Shown here: positions 20,355-29,556 of the stretch, in pieces
How the letters are laid out: every line of letters begins with the position of its first letter
How positions within the stretch are numbered: the first letter of the stretch is position 1
Source of the DNA: Candidatus Oxydemutatoraceae bacterium
GTDB taxonomy: Bacteria > Pseudomonadota > Gammaproteobacteria > Poriferisulfidales > Oxydemutatoraceae
DNA: 64,000 nucleotides
Direction: 5' to 3'
NCBI GenBank assembly: GCA_965220085.1
Contig: CBDCOZ010000003.1
Coordinates: 1,600,001 to 1,664,000 of the forward strand
Translations under genes and position numbers: made by a program
The notes under the pieces: model-generated
What the model saw: only the letters and a program-made list of their open reading frames with translations
Database searches by the model: none
Told to the model about the DNA's origin: nothing

Positions 20355-20610
20355 GCTATTTTTTAGGATCATGGTCTTTCTCCTGACAGATGTAGCCGTA
20401 CGGTAGTATGTACACAAACGCTTAATGAGGCACAGTAATAAGAGGCACAAACAACACTCGGTTGTTTGTGTGTGTTTAATCTAATTGTCTGTGGTTTCTT
20501 CAAATTATTTGTATTCCATAAACTGTTTGCGGATTGCTTAATGTCGCACCATACCATAAATTCAGTTATTTACAAGTTCAACTGTTGCTTTCCCCTGATG
20601 GATTCCGTGC

Positions 20611-20638
20611 ACTATACCACAAAGTGAGTCCTTTGCAA
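20611..20638 (-). promoter_or_regulatory. Putative sigma70 promoter TTGCAA-16bp-TATAGT (extended -10) with upstream A-tract
   Basis: Minus strand GCTTGCAAAGGACTCACTTTGTGGTATAGT; identical at 23163-23190; similar TTTGTGGTAGAGT at ~58293-58305. Confidence 0.5.
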
Positions 20639-20913
20639 GCGCTTTTTTTTCAAATCGCAATGACTGCCTCTGGCGACCGCTTGCGTCGGCGTTGCCGAGG
20701 CGTTGCTATTGCCTGTCAGCCTTTGCCGAAGCCAGCAATCCGGCATGTTTCAGTCATTTGCAAGCGTATCCGCCCCCTTGTGCGCCCATAATACTCCCCT
20801 TCCCGCCGCTTAAACATGCTTTAAGCAGTGTTCACATATCGCTTGCGCACCCAACACTCCCGCCGGTGCGCCTGCGGGGATGGTGCGATAGCAACGTGTC
20901 GGAGCACTCGCGC

Positions 20914-22888
20914 TTACCGCAACGGGCCTTCAAGGAAAACGCGCAAGCGCAAGCGCAAGGCGGTTGCCACCACACGAGCGTCGGCGGAGCACAGCGGCCC
21001 CTCGGCGGTGCCTATGCTATCGGTGAAGCTGGCGCAGGCGCGGATGTATCGACCGGCATGTGCTTGCCGGGGAGTAAAAATAACATCGGTAGCGCCGGTG
21101 ATGGCGGCGTAGGCGTTGTCCATCGGGGCGCCACTGTCCGGGGCCGGGGCAGATTGCCATTGCCAGCGGATGCTACCCCGGTTGATGCCGTTGGGTTCGA
21201 TGATGCCATCTGCGGATGCAGCCAGCGGTATGTCCTGCAGGTAAGCGGTGTCGGTGGCAAGGGCGGCAGTCACCGTGGGTGCGCCGGTGGCATCCGTCGG
21301 GTCGGAGGTAATCAAGTTTATCGTGAGGGTGGCGATGCGGACGCTGGCGTTGTTGGTGCCCGCCGGGTCATCGCCGTTGTCGGTCACATTGAATCTGAAG
21401 GTAGCGTAGCTACTCTGGGCACTCTGCCCGCTGGCAGGGTAGTACGTAAGGTCCGCGATGTCGGCAACGGCTATGGTGTCGTCCGCCATGGCGGCGGCGG
21501 AGCCGTTGCGCAGGGCGCCGGATGCCGGCAACGATTCCAGAGTGACGCTGGCCAAGTCATCGCCATCCTCGTCGGCGAACGGGAAGTCGCTCGCCTTGAA
21601 AGCGTAGGGGCTGGCCATCGTCGCACCCATAGGCACATTGATGAAGCCGTCTTGCGCCACCGGCGCATCGTTGACATTGGTTGTCCGGACTGCGGCGGAA
21701 CAGAGCGGGCCCTCCTCTGCCGGGGTGGCGTGGCGATCCATAAAGGTTGCGCAGACTCTTATGTATTGGTCTGTACGGGCCTGCGTAATGACGAATGCTT
21801 CGGCGGTGGCGCCGGCTATGGCGGTGTATGCGCCGACGGCCGGGGTGCCGCTGGCCGGGGTCGGGGCAGATTGCCATTCCCACCTCAGAGTTCTCCAGTC
21901 TATGCTGTTGAGATCGGCAATGCCAAAGTAGTTGGCGGTCACCCGGGCGCCCTCGGCGGCGCTGGCGGACGGTGATGTTGTGGGCGCGCCGGTGGCCGCC
22001 ATCTGGTCCGGCGATGTCAGATCTATGAGCATGAAATTAACTCCGGTGTGATTGATGCCATCATCGTTGTCGGCCACCGGCCGGTAGACAAAGGTGGCAT
22101 AGAATCCGGTGGGTTGCTGACCGGGTATCGGGTACCAGGCCAGAGCGCCGGCGGTCAATTGGGCCACGGTTACGGTTACGGGGTTTCCGGTGCCAGTAGA
22201 GACGGGGTTGCCATTCAGGGTCAGGGTGCCCCCCGGTATCAGGCTATCAAAGGTGATGGCGGCCAGCATATCGCCATCGGGGTCTATGAACAGAAAGTCT
22301 GACGCCTTAAACCGGTATGGATTGTCGGCGGTGGCGGATGCCGGCACCGCACCGCTGTGGCGCAGGGAGGTTTGGGGCAGGTCGTTGACATCGGTCACTC
22401 TGACGGGGGCAGAGCAGATGCTGGCGGTGCGTATGCGGCTGTCCTCGGTGGCGGGGTCGCCGCCCTCGGCGGTACCCCGGCCATCGGTGTAAAAGACGCA
22501 CAGGCGCAGGTTCTTGTTCACATGGTCTTGCGAGAGCGGGGCGTATGTGTTGACGTCCCAAGCCGCCTCTTCCCATCCCAGGCCGACGGTAGTACTGAGT
22601 TGCCAACTGAAGTCAAATTGTCCTGCCGCGGGCAGGCCATCCTCATCGCTCAGGCCGGTCACGCTGGCATTGACTGTCTGCATTTGGGCCACGGTGGTGA
22701 TGAGGTCGGCGCTCCCGTCCAACACCATGCCGATGGCGCCCTGCGGCGCAGTGTTGGTCTGCGCTTGCGCTTGGGTGCAGACGGCAAACAGGGCCGACAG
22801 AATAAGCGCCCAGAGACTAAGCCGAGTTAGTGTCGCCCACCGATGCGGGGGGGGGGGGGGTATGAGTATTATTAATTTGTAAGTTCAT
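20914..22888 (-). CDS. Secreted modular Ig/cadherin-like protein with RLRLRVFLEGPLR tail; ATG at 22888 out of frame at a C14 tract (phase OFF as sequenced)
   Basis: Track ORF 20914-22728 extends upstream in frame via HRWATLTRLSLWALILSALFAVCTQAQAQ to the tract; ATG AAC TTA CAA upstream; five alternating modules. Confidence 0.8.
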
Positions 22889-23418
22889 GCTATTTTTTAG
22901 GTTCATTGTTCTACTCCTGATGAATGCAGTTGTACGGTGTATGTACACAAACAACATTTAATGAGACACAGTAATGAGAGGCACAAACAACTTTGTTGTT
23001 TGTGTGTGTTTAATCTAATTGTCTGTGGTTTCTTCAAATTGTTTGTATTCCATAAACTGTTTGCGGATTGTTTAATGTCGCACTGTATCATAAATTCGGT
23101 CATTATTATAAATTCAGTTATTTACAAGTTCAACTGTTGCTTTCCCCTGATGGATTCCGTGCACTATACCACAAAGTGAGTCCTTTGCAAGCGCTTTTTT
23201 TTCAAATATCAGCGACCGCCTCCGGCGGGCGGTTGCGTCGGCGTTGCCGAGGCGTTGCCATTGCCTGTCGGCCTTTGTCAAAGCCGGCAATCCGGCATGT
23301 TTCCGGCATGTTTCAGTCATTTACGAGTGTATCCGCCACCCCCTTGTGCGCACTCCATAATACCACCTTCCCCGCCGCTTAAACGTACTTTAAGCAGTGT
23401 TCACATATCGCTTGCGCG
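22759..23418. repeat. Duplicated signal-peptide/leader/promoter block, copy 2
   Basis: Collinear with 20221-20848, with small indels and short internal duplications. Confidence 0.92.
22847..22860 (+). repeat. G14 homopolymer (C14 on the coding strand), putative phase-variation tract
   Basis: 14 G counted; same position relative to the ATG as in the paralog; 13 or 16 would restore the frame. Confidence 0.85.
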
Positions 23419-23500
23419 CCTCATAACTCCCTTCTCCGCCGCCGATTACTCGCGCTATTATGCGGGTCAGGGGTATGGTGGCACGGCGGTATTGCTACCG

Positions 23501-23577
23501 CGCCGCTGTTGCCAGATGTGAAAATAGCGATTGAACATCGCCTTTGCAACGGCTTCCGTTGTCGCAAAGGCGGAGTC
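23501..23577 (-). repeat. Right arm of ~77-bp imperfect inverted repeat (pairs with 18428-18503)
   Basis: CGCCGCT...TGTGAAAATAGCG...GAACATCGCCTTTGCAACGGCTTCCGTTGTCG-N4-GGCGGAGTC. Confidence 0.8.
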
Positions 23578-23603
23578 GGGTATATAATCCCTTACGGATT
23601 GAT

Positions 23604-24116
23604 ATGCAAGAACGAACTTTTATAGCCCTGAACATCGCGGTACTGACCGTATCCGATTCGCGCACCGAGGATACCGACAAATCGGGCGCGCTCTTGGCCG
23701 ACCTGATTACGGCCGACAAACACCGTTGCCACGAAAAGGTTATCGTGGCGGATGACATCTATCAAATTCGCGCGCAAGTCTCGCGCTGGATTGCCGACCC
23801 CGAAGTCCGGGCGATTATCACAACCGGCGGCACGGGCGTGACCGGTCGCGATGGCACGCCGGAAGCGGTCGCGCCGCTGTTTGACAAAACGCTCGACGGT
23901 TTTGGCGAAACATTCCGCATGCTGTCCTACCAAACCATCGGCGCGTCAACCCTGCAATCACGCGCGGTCGCCGGCGTTGCGAACGGCGCCTACATCTTTT
24001 GCCTGCCCGGTTCGCCGAACGCATGCAGGGACGGCTGGGAGAAAATCATCAGCGCGCAACTGGATCACAGAACGCGCCCGTGTAATTTGGTTGAGCTGAT
24101 GCCGCGCTTGAAGTAG
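23604..24116 (+). CDS. moaB: Molybdenum cofactor biosynthesis protein B
   Basis: [47 protein letters not shown]. Confidence 0.96.
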   Translation: MQERTFIALNIAVLTVSDSRTEDTDKSGALLADLITADKHRCHEKVIVADDIYQIRAQVSRWIADPEVRAIITTGGTGVTGRDGTPEAVAPLFDKTLDGFGETFRMLSYQTIGASTLQSRAVAGVANGAYIFCLPGSPNACRDGWEKIISAQLDHRTRPCNLVELMPRLK

Positions 24117-24165
24117 CCGGATAGAGCGATGAACGACGGGCCGGCGGATGGCCGCGGCGAAATAT

Positions 24166-24957
24166 TTAATGACGCAGACGGCGGTCGGCATCGGACAGCG
24201 CCGCCGAGCGCTTGAACAGCTTTCTCAGATATATCGCGGGGCCCGACAATAAGTAGATAAGCGAAAAGAGAAACAGGAACTTTGCCATATCCGCCGTCGC
24301 CACGATTAAAACGCCGATTAACAACGGCAATACGACAAAAGAGATGCGCCCCTTCCATCGAATGCCTTTGGGACTGAAGTAGCTTAGGTTGCTAAGCATC
24401 GCAGCGCTCGCAAGAACCATCAGCATCGCCGCCAACCACACGAGGCGCTCGCCGGCATAACCCAAATCCTCGCACAGCCAGACTAGGCTCATCATCAATG
24501 CCGCCGCCGCGGGACACGGCAAGCCGCGGAAAAAACTCTTGCCGGACGATGTGGTTTGGACATTGAAACGGGCAAGGCGCAATACCACCGCGGCCGCATA
24601 GGCAAAGGCGATTAACCAGCCAATCTTATCCCACGCGCCGCCGGATTCCGCCAGCGCATACAAAGACCACTGGTATATGATGAGCGCCGGGATACAGCCG
24701 AATACGATGGCATCGGTGAGGCTGTCCAACTCGGCGCCAAAGCGGCTGGCGGTATTGGTCCAGCGGGCGATATTGCCGTCCAAGCCATCGAGTATCATGC
24801 ACACGATAACCGCGATGGCGGCGGCTTCAAAATGCCCGCTCAGGGCGCCGGCCATCGCATAGAATCCGCACAGCAGCGAGGAGATCGTGATGAGGTTCGG
24901 CAACATATAAATACCGCGGCGAAACTTGCCGGAGCCGTTTGTCTTATCGCGCATCAA
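24166..24957 (-). CDS. pssA: CDP-diacylglycerol--serine O-phosphatidyltransferase
   Basis: [42 protein letters not shown]; usual position after ilvC. Confidence 0.93.
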   Translation of the reverse strand: MMRDKTNGSGKFRRGIYMLPNLITISSLLCGFYAMAGALSGHFEAAAIAVIVCMILDGLDGNIARWTNTASRFGAELDSLTDAIVFGCIPALIIYQWSLYALAESGGAWDKIGWLIAFAYAAAVVLRLARFNVQTTSSGKSFFRGLPCPAAAALMMSLVWLCEDLGYAGERLVWLAAMLMVLASAAMLSNLSYFSPKGIRWKGRISFVVLPLLIGVLIVATADMAKFLFLFSLIYLLSGPAIYLRKLFKRSAALSDADRRLRH

Positions 24958-25970
24958 TTCTTTTCTTTATCAACCAGTTGGTTTTCGGCAATCCAGGACA
25001 TCATCCCGCGCAGTCTCTCGCCGACTTGCTCGATCGGATGTTTGTCGAGGCGGCGACGCATCATCTCCATGACCGGCGCTCCGGTTTTGTTCTCGGTCAC
25101 AAACTCGCGCGCGAACTCGCCGTTTTGAATTTGCTCGAGCAGTTTCTTCATCGCTTCCTTGCTCCTCTCATCAACGATCCGTTGCCCGCGTGTCAGAGCG
25201 CCATACTCGGCGGTATTTGAAATGGAATAATGCATGTTTGCGATACCGCCCTCGTAGATCAAATCGACGATCAGCTTCATCTCGTGCAGGCATTCAAAAT
25301 AGGCCATCTCGGGAGCATAGCCCGCTTCGGTCAGCACTTCAAAGCCGTTGCGTATCAGCGCCACGACGCCGCCGCATAACACGGCCTGCTCGCCGAATAA
25401 GTCGGTTTCGGTTTCCTCTTCAAAAGTCGTCTCGATGACGCCCGCCCGACCGCCGCCGTTGGCCGATGCATACGACAGCGCGATATCGCGCGCCTTGCCG
25501 GAAGCATCCTGATACACCGCGATCAAAGTCGGCACGCCTTGTCCGTTGCAATACGTGGAGCGCACCAAGTGCCCGGGGCCTTTGGGGGCGACCATGAACA
25601 CATCCAAGTCCGCCCGCGGCCTGATTTGTCCGAAGTGGATATTAAAGCCGTGCGCAAACCCCAGCGCGGCGCCCCGCTTCAGCGCGGGCCCCACGCTGTT
25701 CGCATACAACTGTGCCTGATGTTCGTCCGGAGCCAGCATCATCACGACATCGCCTTGGGCCGCCGCCTCCTCAATCGGGGCATGCGCAATCCCGGCCGCT
25801 TCGGCCTTGCTCGCCGAAGCCGAACCTTTGCGCAAGCCGACTATGACATCCGCCCCGGAATCTTTGAGGTTATTGGCATGGGCGTGCCCCTGCGAACCAT
25901 AACCGATGATCGCCACCTTCTTCTTTTGAATCAAACTCTGATCCGCATCTTTATCATAAAAAATCTTCAT
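24954..25970 (-). CDS. ilvC: Ketol-acid reductoisomerase
   Basis: [42 protein letters not shown]. Confidence 0.98.
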   Translation of the reverse strand: MKIFYDKDADQSLIQKKKVAIIGYGSQGHAHANNLKDSGADVIVGLRKGSASASKAEAAGIAHAPIEEAAAQGDVVMMLAPDEHQAQLYANSVGPALKRGAALGFAHGFNIHFGQIRPRADLDVFMVAPKGPGHLVRSTYCNGQGVPTLIAVYQDASGKARDIALSYASANGGGRAGVIETTFEEETETDLFGEQAVLCGGVVALIRNGFEVLTEAGYAPEMAYFECLHEMKLIVDLIYEGGIANMHYSISNTAEYGALTRGQRIVDERSKEAMKKLLEQIQNGEFAREFVTENKTGAPVMEMMRRRLDKHPIEQVGERLRGMMSWIAENQLVDKEKN

Positions 25971-25999
25971 TGTTTTCTCCGTTTGTTGCAGGCGGGCAA

Positions 26000-26509
26000 T
26001 CAAATCGCCAAAATCAAATTGCCCTTGCCAAGACTGATAATGCCCGATCGGACAATTTCTTTAATTTCCCACGACCTTCCCAGATTGAGAATAAACGCGT
26101 CAATTTTCTCTCCCGCCGCCGTCATCTCAATCACGCATTGGGAGCCGTGGGATTCGACCGCGCGGGCATCGTATTGTTTGACAAACGCATCCAGCTCTTC
26201 GCGGCGCTCATCGGCGCATGCCACTTTCATTAAAACCACTTCCGTTTCAATATGCTGATCCTTGCCCATATCAACTACGTCAACCACATCGATCAACTTG
26301 CGCAGTTGCTTGACGATTTGCTCCGCCTGCTCGTCTTCCCCTCTGGTCACAATGGTAATCCGTGACAGCGACGAGTCGGCGGTCGGCGCGACCGTCAATG
26401 ATGCGATATTATACCCGCGCGCGGAAAATAATCCCGCGACCCGCGATAAAACCCCCGCTTCGTTTGCAAGCAATATTGAAATAATATGCTTTTGAGTGTC
26501 CGCCGTCAT
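26000..26509 (-). CDS. ilvN: Acetolactate synthase small (regulatory) subunit
   Basis: [41 protein letters not shown]. Confidence 0.94.
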   Translation of the reverse strand: MTADTQKHIISILLANEAGVLSRVAGLFSARGYNIASLTVAPTADSSLSRITIVTRGEDEQAEQIVKQLRKLIDVVDVVDMGKDQHIETEVVLMKVACADERREELDAFVKQYDARAVESHGSQCVIEMTAAGEKIDAFILNLGRSWEIKEIVRSGIISLGKGNLILAI

Positions 26510-26563
26510 TGTGTTGCCACTTTCCTGACCGAAAATTTTGAAAAGCGATAGTACGGGCGGCGC

Positions 26564-26794
26564 TCAAGATTTTTTCAAATGGAAATGAAATTTGCCGTCC
26601 CGCTCGGTTGACTCAAGCAACTCATTTCCGGTCTGCTTTGAAAATGCCTCAAAGTCTTTCACCGATCCGGAATCGGTGGATATGATATGCAGCACCTCGC
26701 CGCTCTCCATGCCCGCCAGCGCTTTTTTGGCGCGCAGAATAGGCAACGGGCAATTCAGACCGCTGGTGTCAATCTCTTGATCAAATTGCGACAT
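26564..26794 (-). CDS. TusA/SirA family sulfur carrier protein
   Basis: DTSGLNCPLPILRAKKAL, TDSGSVKDF. Confidence 0.93.
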   Translation of the reverse strand: MSQFDQEIDTSGLNCPLPILRAKKALAGMESGEVLHIISTDSGSVKDFEAFSKQTGNELLESTERDGKFHFHLKKS

Positions 26795-26882
26795 AACTCC
26801 TCCTCTTGTTTAAATCATGTTTATACATCGTCGCCGCCGAATCACAAGCGTGCCGCGCGGCTCCGGCAATCATATTATCACG

Positions 26883-28019
26883 TCACGCGCCTCTTCTCGG
26901 CAGCAAATCACGCGTGTCATCCATCAAATATGCCACCTTGCGCCGATACGCAAGCTCTTTTGCGGCGGCGGCGGTTTTCTTGAGGCGCGGCGGCGGCAGG
27001 TTATTGCGCACCGTTTCGACTATCTTATGCGCCCCGTCTCTGATCTCCGATTCAATCATAAACAGCTTGTGGTTATCCGGCGGTATCGCATTGATATAAG
27101 CGGCTAATTCGGGGAAATCAGAGTATTGCCACACCTTGTAATGCGCCTTCAGCGGGTCAAAATAATGCGGCTGCCTCTCATCCGTCATGATGTAGATCGT
27201 GACACCGTCCGGCAACAAGCGCTTGAGTCTTGCAATAATTGCTTCCGGAGTCGTCGCTTTGTCCATGTCGGGAAATTTGATGGCGCAATCCCCGCGCCTG
27301 ATATGCAGCGCATAATATTCGTCTCCCAATACGGCGCGCACACGCCGCGCCGTCTCCCTTATATCCGGCGCTCGCGGTAACGAAACAGCCGCCGTCGGCC
27401 AGTAACGATAGTGAAAGAGTTTGGCCAGCGACACCGTAAAATATTTGATCCATTGCTTGTTAAGAGCGTAGCCAAAATATTTTTTGCGCCGCACCTTGAC
27501 CCAGCGGTAGCGAGGCCATTTGACATTCCACGAGTGCCATTCGCGATGAGCGGTGTCGTGACGAATAATCAGGCGGCAATCGCGATTCTTTTTCAGGCTG
27601 ATCCTGCGCTGTGACGGAACCGTCGCCGACTCATCCGGCGACAAAGACAATCGATTGAAATCGTCACGCTCCAGGTACTCAAAATCCGCTCCGCTGATCA
27701 CCCGGTTCTTGAAAAAATACGATGCCAGGCCCGTATACTCAATCTCTATCCGGATGTTATCCAAGTCAATATAATCGCGCCACGACGGTTCGATGCGGCA
27801 GCCCAGATTGTGGGTCTCGGTCAATATCGGCGGCAGCAGAAGCGGGATGCGCCCCAGCATCGCCGCTTCGCCAATCAATGCGCTCAGGTTTCCGACAGTA
27901 TGGGTGATGCCGTGCCCGAGACCCTCTCTGATATGCGCATCCTCGCGCACAGACAAGCGGCCTTGCGCATCGGCGCATATTGAGTATGGCGTTGCCAAAT
28001 ATGCGAGGTATTTCTTCAT
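26883..28019 (-). CDS. Hypothetical protein, putative GT-B fucosyltransferase-like; paralog of 8395-9525
   Basis: YYALHIRRGD, IYIMTDERQ; shared blocks YLATPYS, FFKNRVISG, HYRYWP, PPDN.KLFMIE. Confidence 0.6.
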   Translation of the reverse strand: MKKYLAYLATPYSICADAQGRLSVREDAHIREGLGHGITHTVGNLSALIGEAAMLGRIPLLLPPILTETHNLGCRIEPSWRDYIDLDNIRIEIEYTGLASYFFKNRVISGADFEYLERDDFNRLSLSPDESATVPSQRRISLKKNRDCRLIIRHDTAHREWHSWNVKWPRYRWVKVRRKKYFGYALNKQWIKYFTVSLAKLFHYRYWPTAAVSLPRAPDIRETARRVRAVLGDEYYALHIRRGDCAIKFPDMDKATTPEAIIARLKRLLPDGVTIYIMTDERQPHYFDPLKAHYKVWQYSDFPELAAYINAIPPDNHKLFMIESEIRDGAHKIVETVRNNLPPPRLKKTAAAAKELAYRRKVAYLMDDTRDLLPRRGA

Positions 28020-28121
28020 ATATGCTTATATGGTTGCAGACAAAGGCTTTGCGCTCAAAGCGGTTGCAAAGCGGGCAAACAATGACCGAACTTCCGCCGA
28101 TAGCATATTATACTCGGTATT

Positions 28122-29546
28122 ATGAACGCAGACCGGTCACCCAAAACGCGATGTCGCATACCAATCGTACTGCTATTGATGGCGGCGGCGCACCCTGTCC
28201 ATGCCAATCATCATCTGTCGCTCCCGCAAATAGGCGACCCGTCTTACTCGGCGATGAGCCATGCCGAAGAAAAAAAGCTCGGGCGGGTGATACTCGCGCA
28301 ACTGCGCTCGAGCTTAACCCAAATAGAAGACATAGAACTACAGAGTTACCTGCAGTCGCTGTCGCAAAGACTGCTGGCACAAACCGGCACCCAAGGTCTG
28401 AACTTCCACTTCCTGATAGCCAAGGATGACTCCGTCAATGCCTTTGCGACGCCGGGCGGCGTGATCGCGGTGAATTCCGGAATGATCCTGTTTGCCGATA
28501 ACGAGGACGAACTCGCCAGTGTCATCGCGCACGAATTAGCGCATGTGACGCATCGTCATATCGCGCGGCTCTACGATCTGTCAAGCCAAACCCAGTGGAC
28601 CGGCGCGCTGCAATTGATTGCCGGTCTGATTGCCGGAACTTATAACTCCGAGTTCGCCCAGCTGGGCGTTGCATCCGCCATATCCGGCGTAGTCGAGCGA
28701 CAGCTTTTCTACTCCAGGGCCTTTGAGCGCGAAGCCGACTATTCCGGCATGCGTTTGCTCAGCGAGGCCGGCTTTGACCCCGCCGGAATGGTAAACTTCT
28801 TTGCCAAGTTACAAGCCAAAGGGAGCAGCAGCCGCGCGATACCGGAATTTCTTCGCACGCACCCGCTGAGTAAAAACCGCTTGAAGGATATGCAAGAACG
28901 CGCGCGACAGTACCCCGCGGTCACGCCCCGGGACGATACGGCATTTCAGTATGCCAAAGCGCGGTTACATGCCATAAACGGCGCCGAGGATGGCACACAC
29001 AAATGGCCGCAACACATAGGCTTATATCGCAAGGGAATCGATTTGATGCGGAAGAATTTCCCCTATGAAGCGGTTCGGGCGTTGCGGCAAATGCCCCCCG
29101 CGCATCAAGATGATATCGCGGCAAGGCTGGCATTAGCGCAAGCTTTTGCTCTGCAAAACGATCATAAAAAGGCGCGGGAAATACTAAAGACCCTGACCTA
29201 TCTGTACCCGAACAACCCCGCCGCCAATTATTATCTGGCCAAACTGTACTTGAGCGCCAAACAGCCGCAACAGGCATTGGCGCAATTACAAAGCGTTGCC
29301 TCGTTGCGTAGCTACTATCCGATTCTGATTAAAATGGCCGCACAAGCCTCGGCGATGCTTAAAAAACAAGGCGCCAGTCATGAGTATCTGGCCGAGTATT
29401 ACGCGCTTATCGGAAACTTTGGCCTGGCGCTCAAGCATCTGGAGTTGGCCGATAGATCGCCGAACTTAGACAAGGTGAGCAAAGCCAGAATCACGCAAAA
29501 GCGCAAATCCATATTGCGCTTGCAAACAGAAATGAAAGGGGGATAA
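28122..29546 (+). CDS. bepA: M48 metalloprotease with TPRs (BepA/YfgC-like)
   Basis: Signal peptide, LPQIGD, NAFATPGG, HELAH, EREAD, FLRTHPL, TPR-like C-terminus. Confidence 0.88.
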   Translation: MNADRSPKTRCRIPIVLLLMAAAHPVHANHHLSLPQIGDPSYSAMSHAEEKKLGRVILAQLRSSLTQIEDIELQSYLQSLSQRLLAQTGTQGLNFHFLIAKDDSVNAFATPGGVIAVNSGMILFADNEDELASVIAHELAHVTHRHIARLYDLSSQTQWTGALQLIAGLIAGTYNSEFAQLGVASAISGVVERQLFYSRAFEREADYSGMRLLSEAGFDPAGMVNFFAKLQAKGSSSRAIPEFLRTHPLSKNRLKDMQERARQYPAVTPRDDTAFQYAKARLHAINGAEDGTHKWPQHIGLYRKGIDLMRKNFPYEAVRALRQMPPAHQDDIAARLALAQAFALQNDHKKAREILKTLTYLYPNNPAANYYLAKLYLSAKQPQQALAQLQSVASLRSYYPILIKMAAQASAMLKKQGASHEYLAEYYALIGNFGLALKHLELADRSPNLDKVSKARITQKRKSILRLQTEMKGG

Positions 29547-29556
29547 TTTGCCGCGC

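Larger units (their letters stand above)
20221..20848. repeat. ~630-bp duplicated signal-peptide/leader/promoter block, copy 1 (copy 2 at ~22759-23418)
   Basis: Long near-identical stretches in both copies, e.g. TTCAGTTATTTACAAGTTCAACTGTTGCTTTCCCCTGATGGATTCCGTGCACTATACCACAAAGTGAGTCCTTTGCAAGCGC. Confidence 0.92.

Noticed and set aside
20692-21975. 427-aa plus-strand ORF containing AQAQAQ
   Set aside because: Antisense shadow of adhesin 2; the AQAQAQ is the reverse complement of the LRLRLR codons, and there is no signal peptide or recognisable motif
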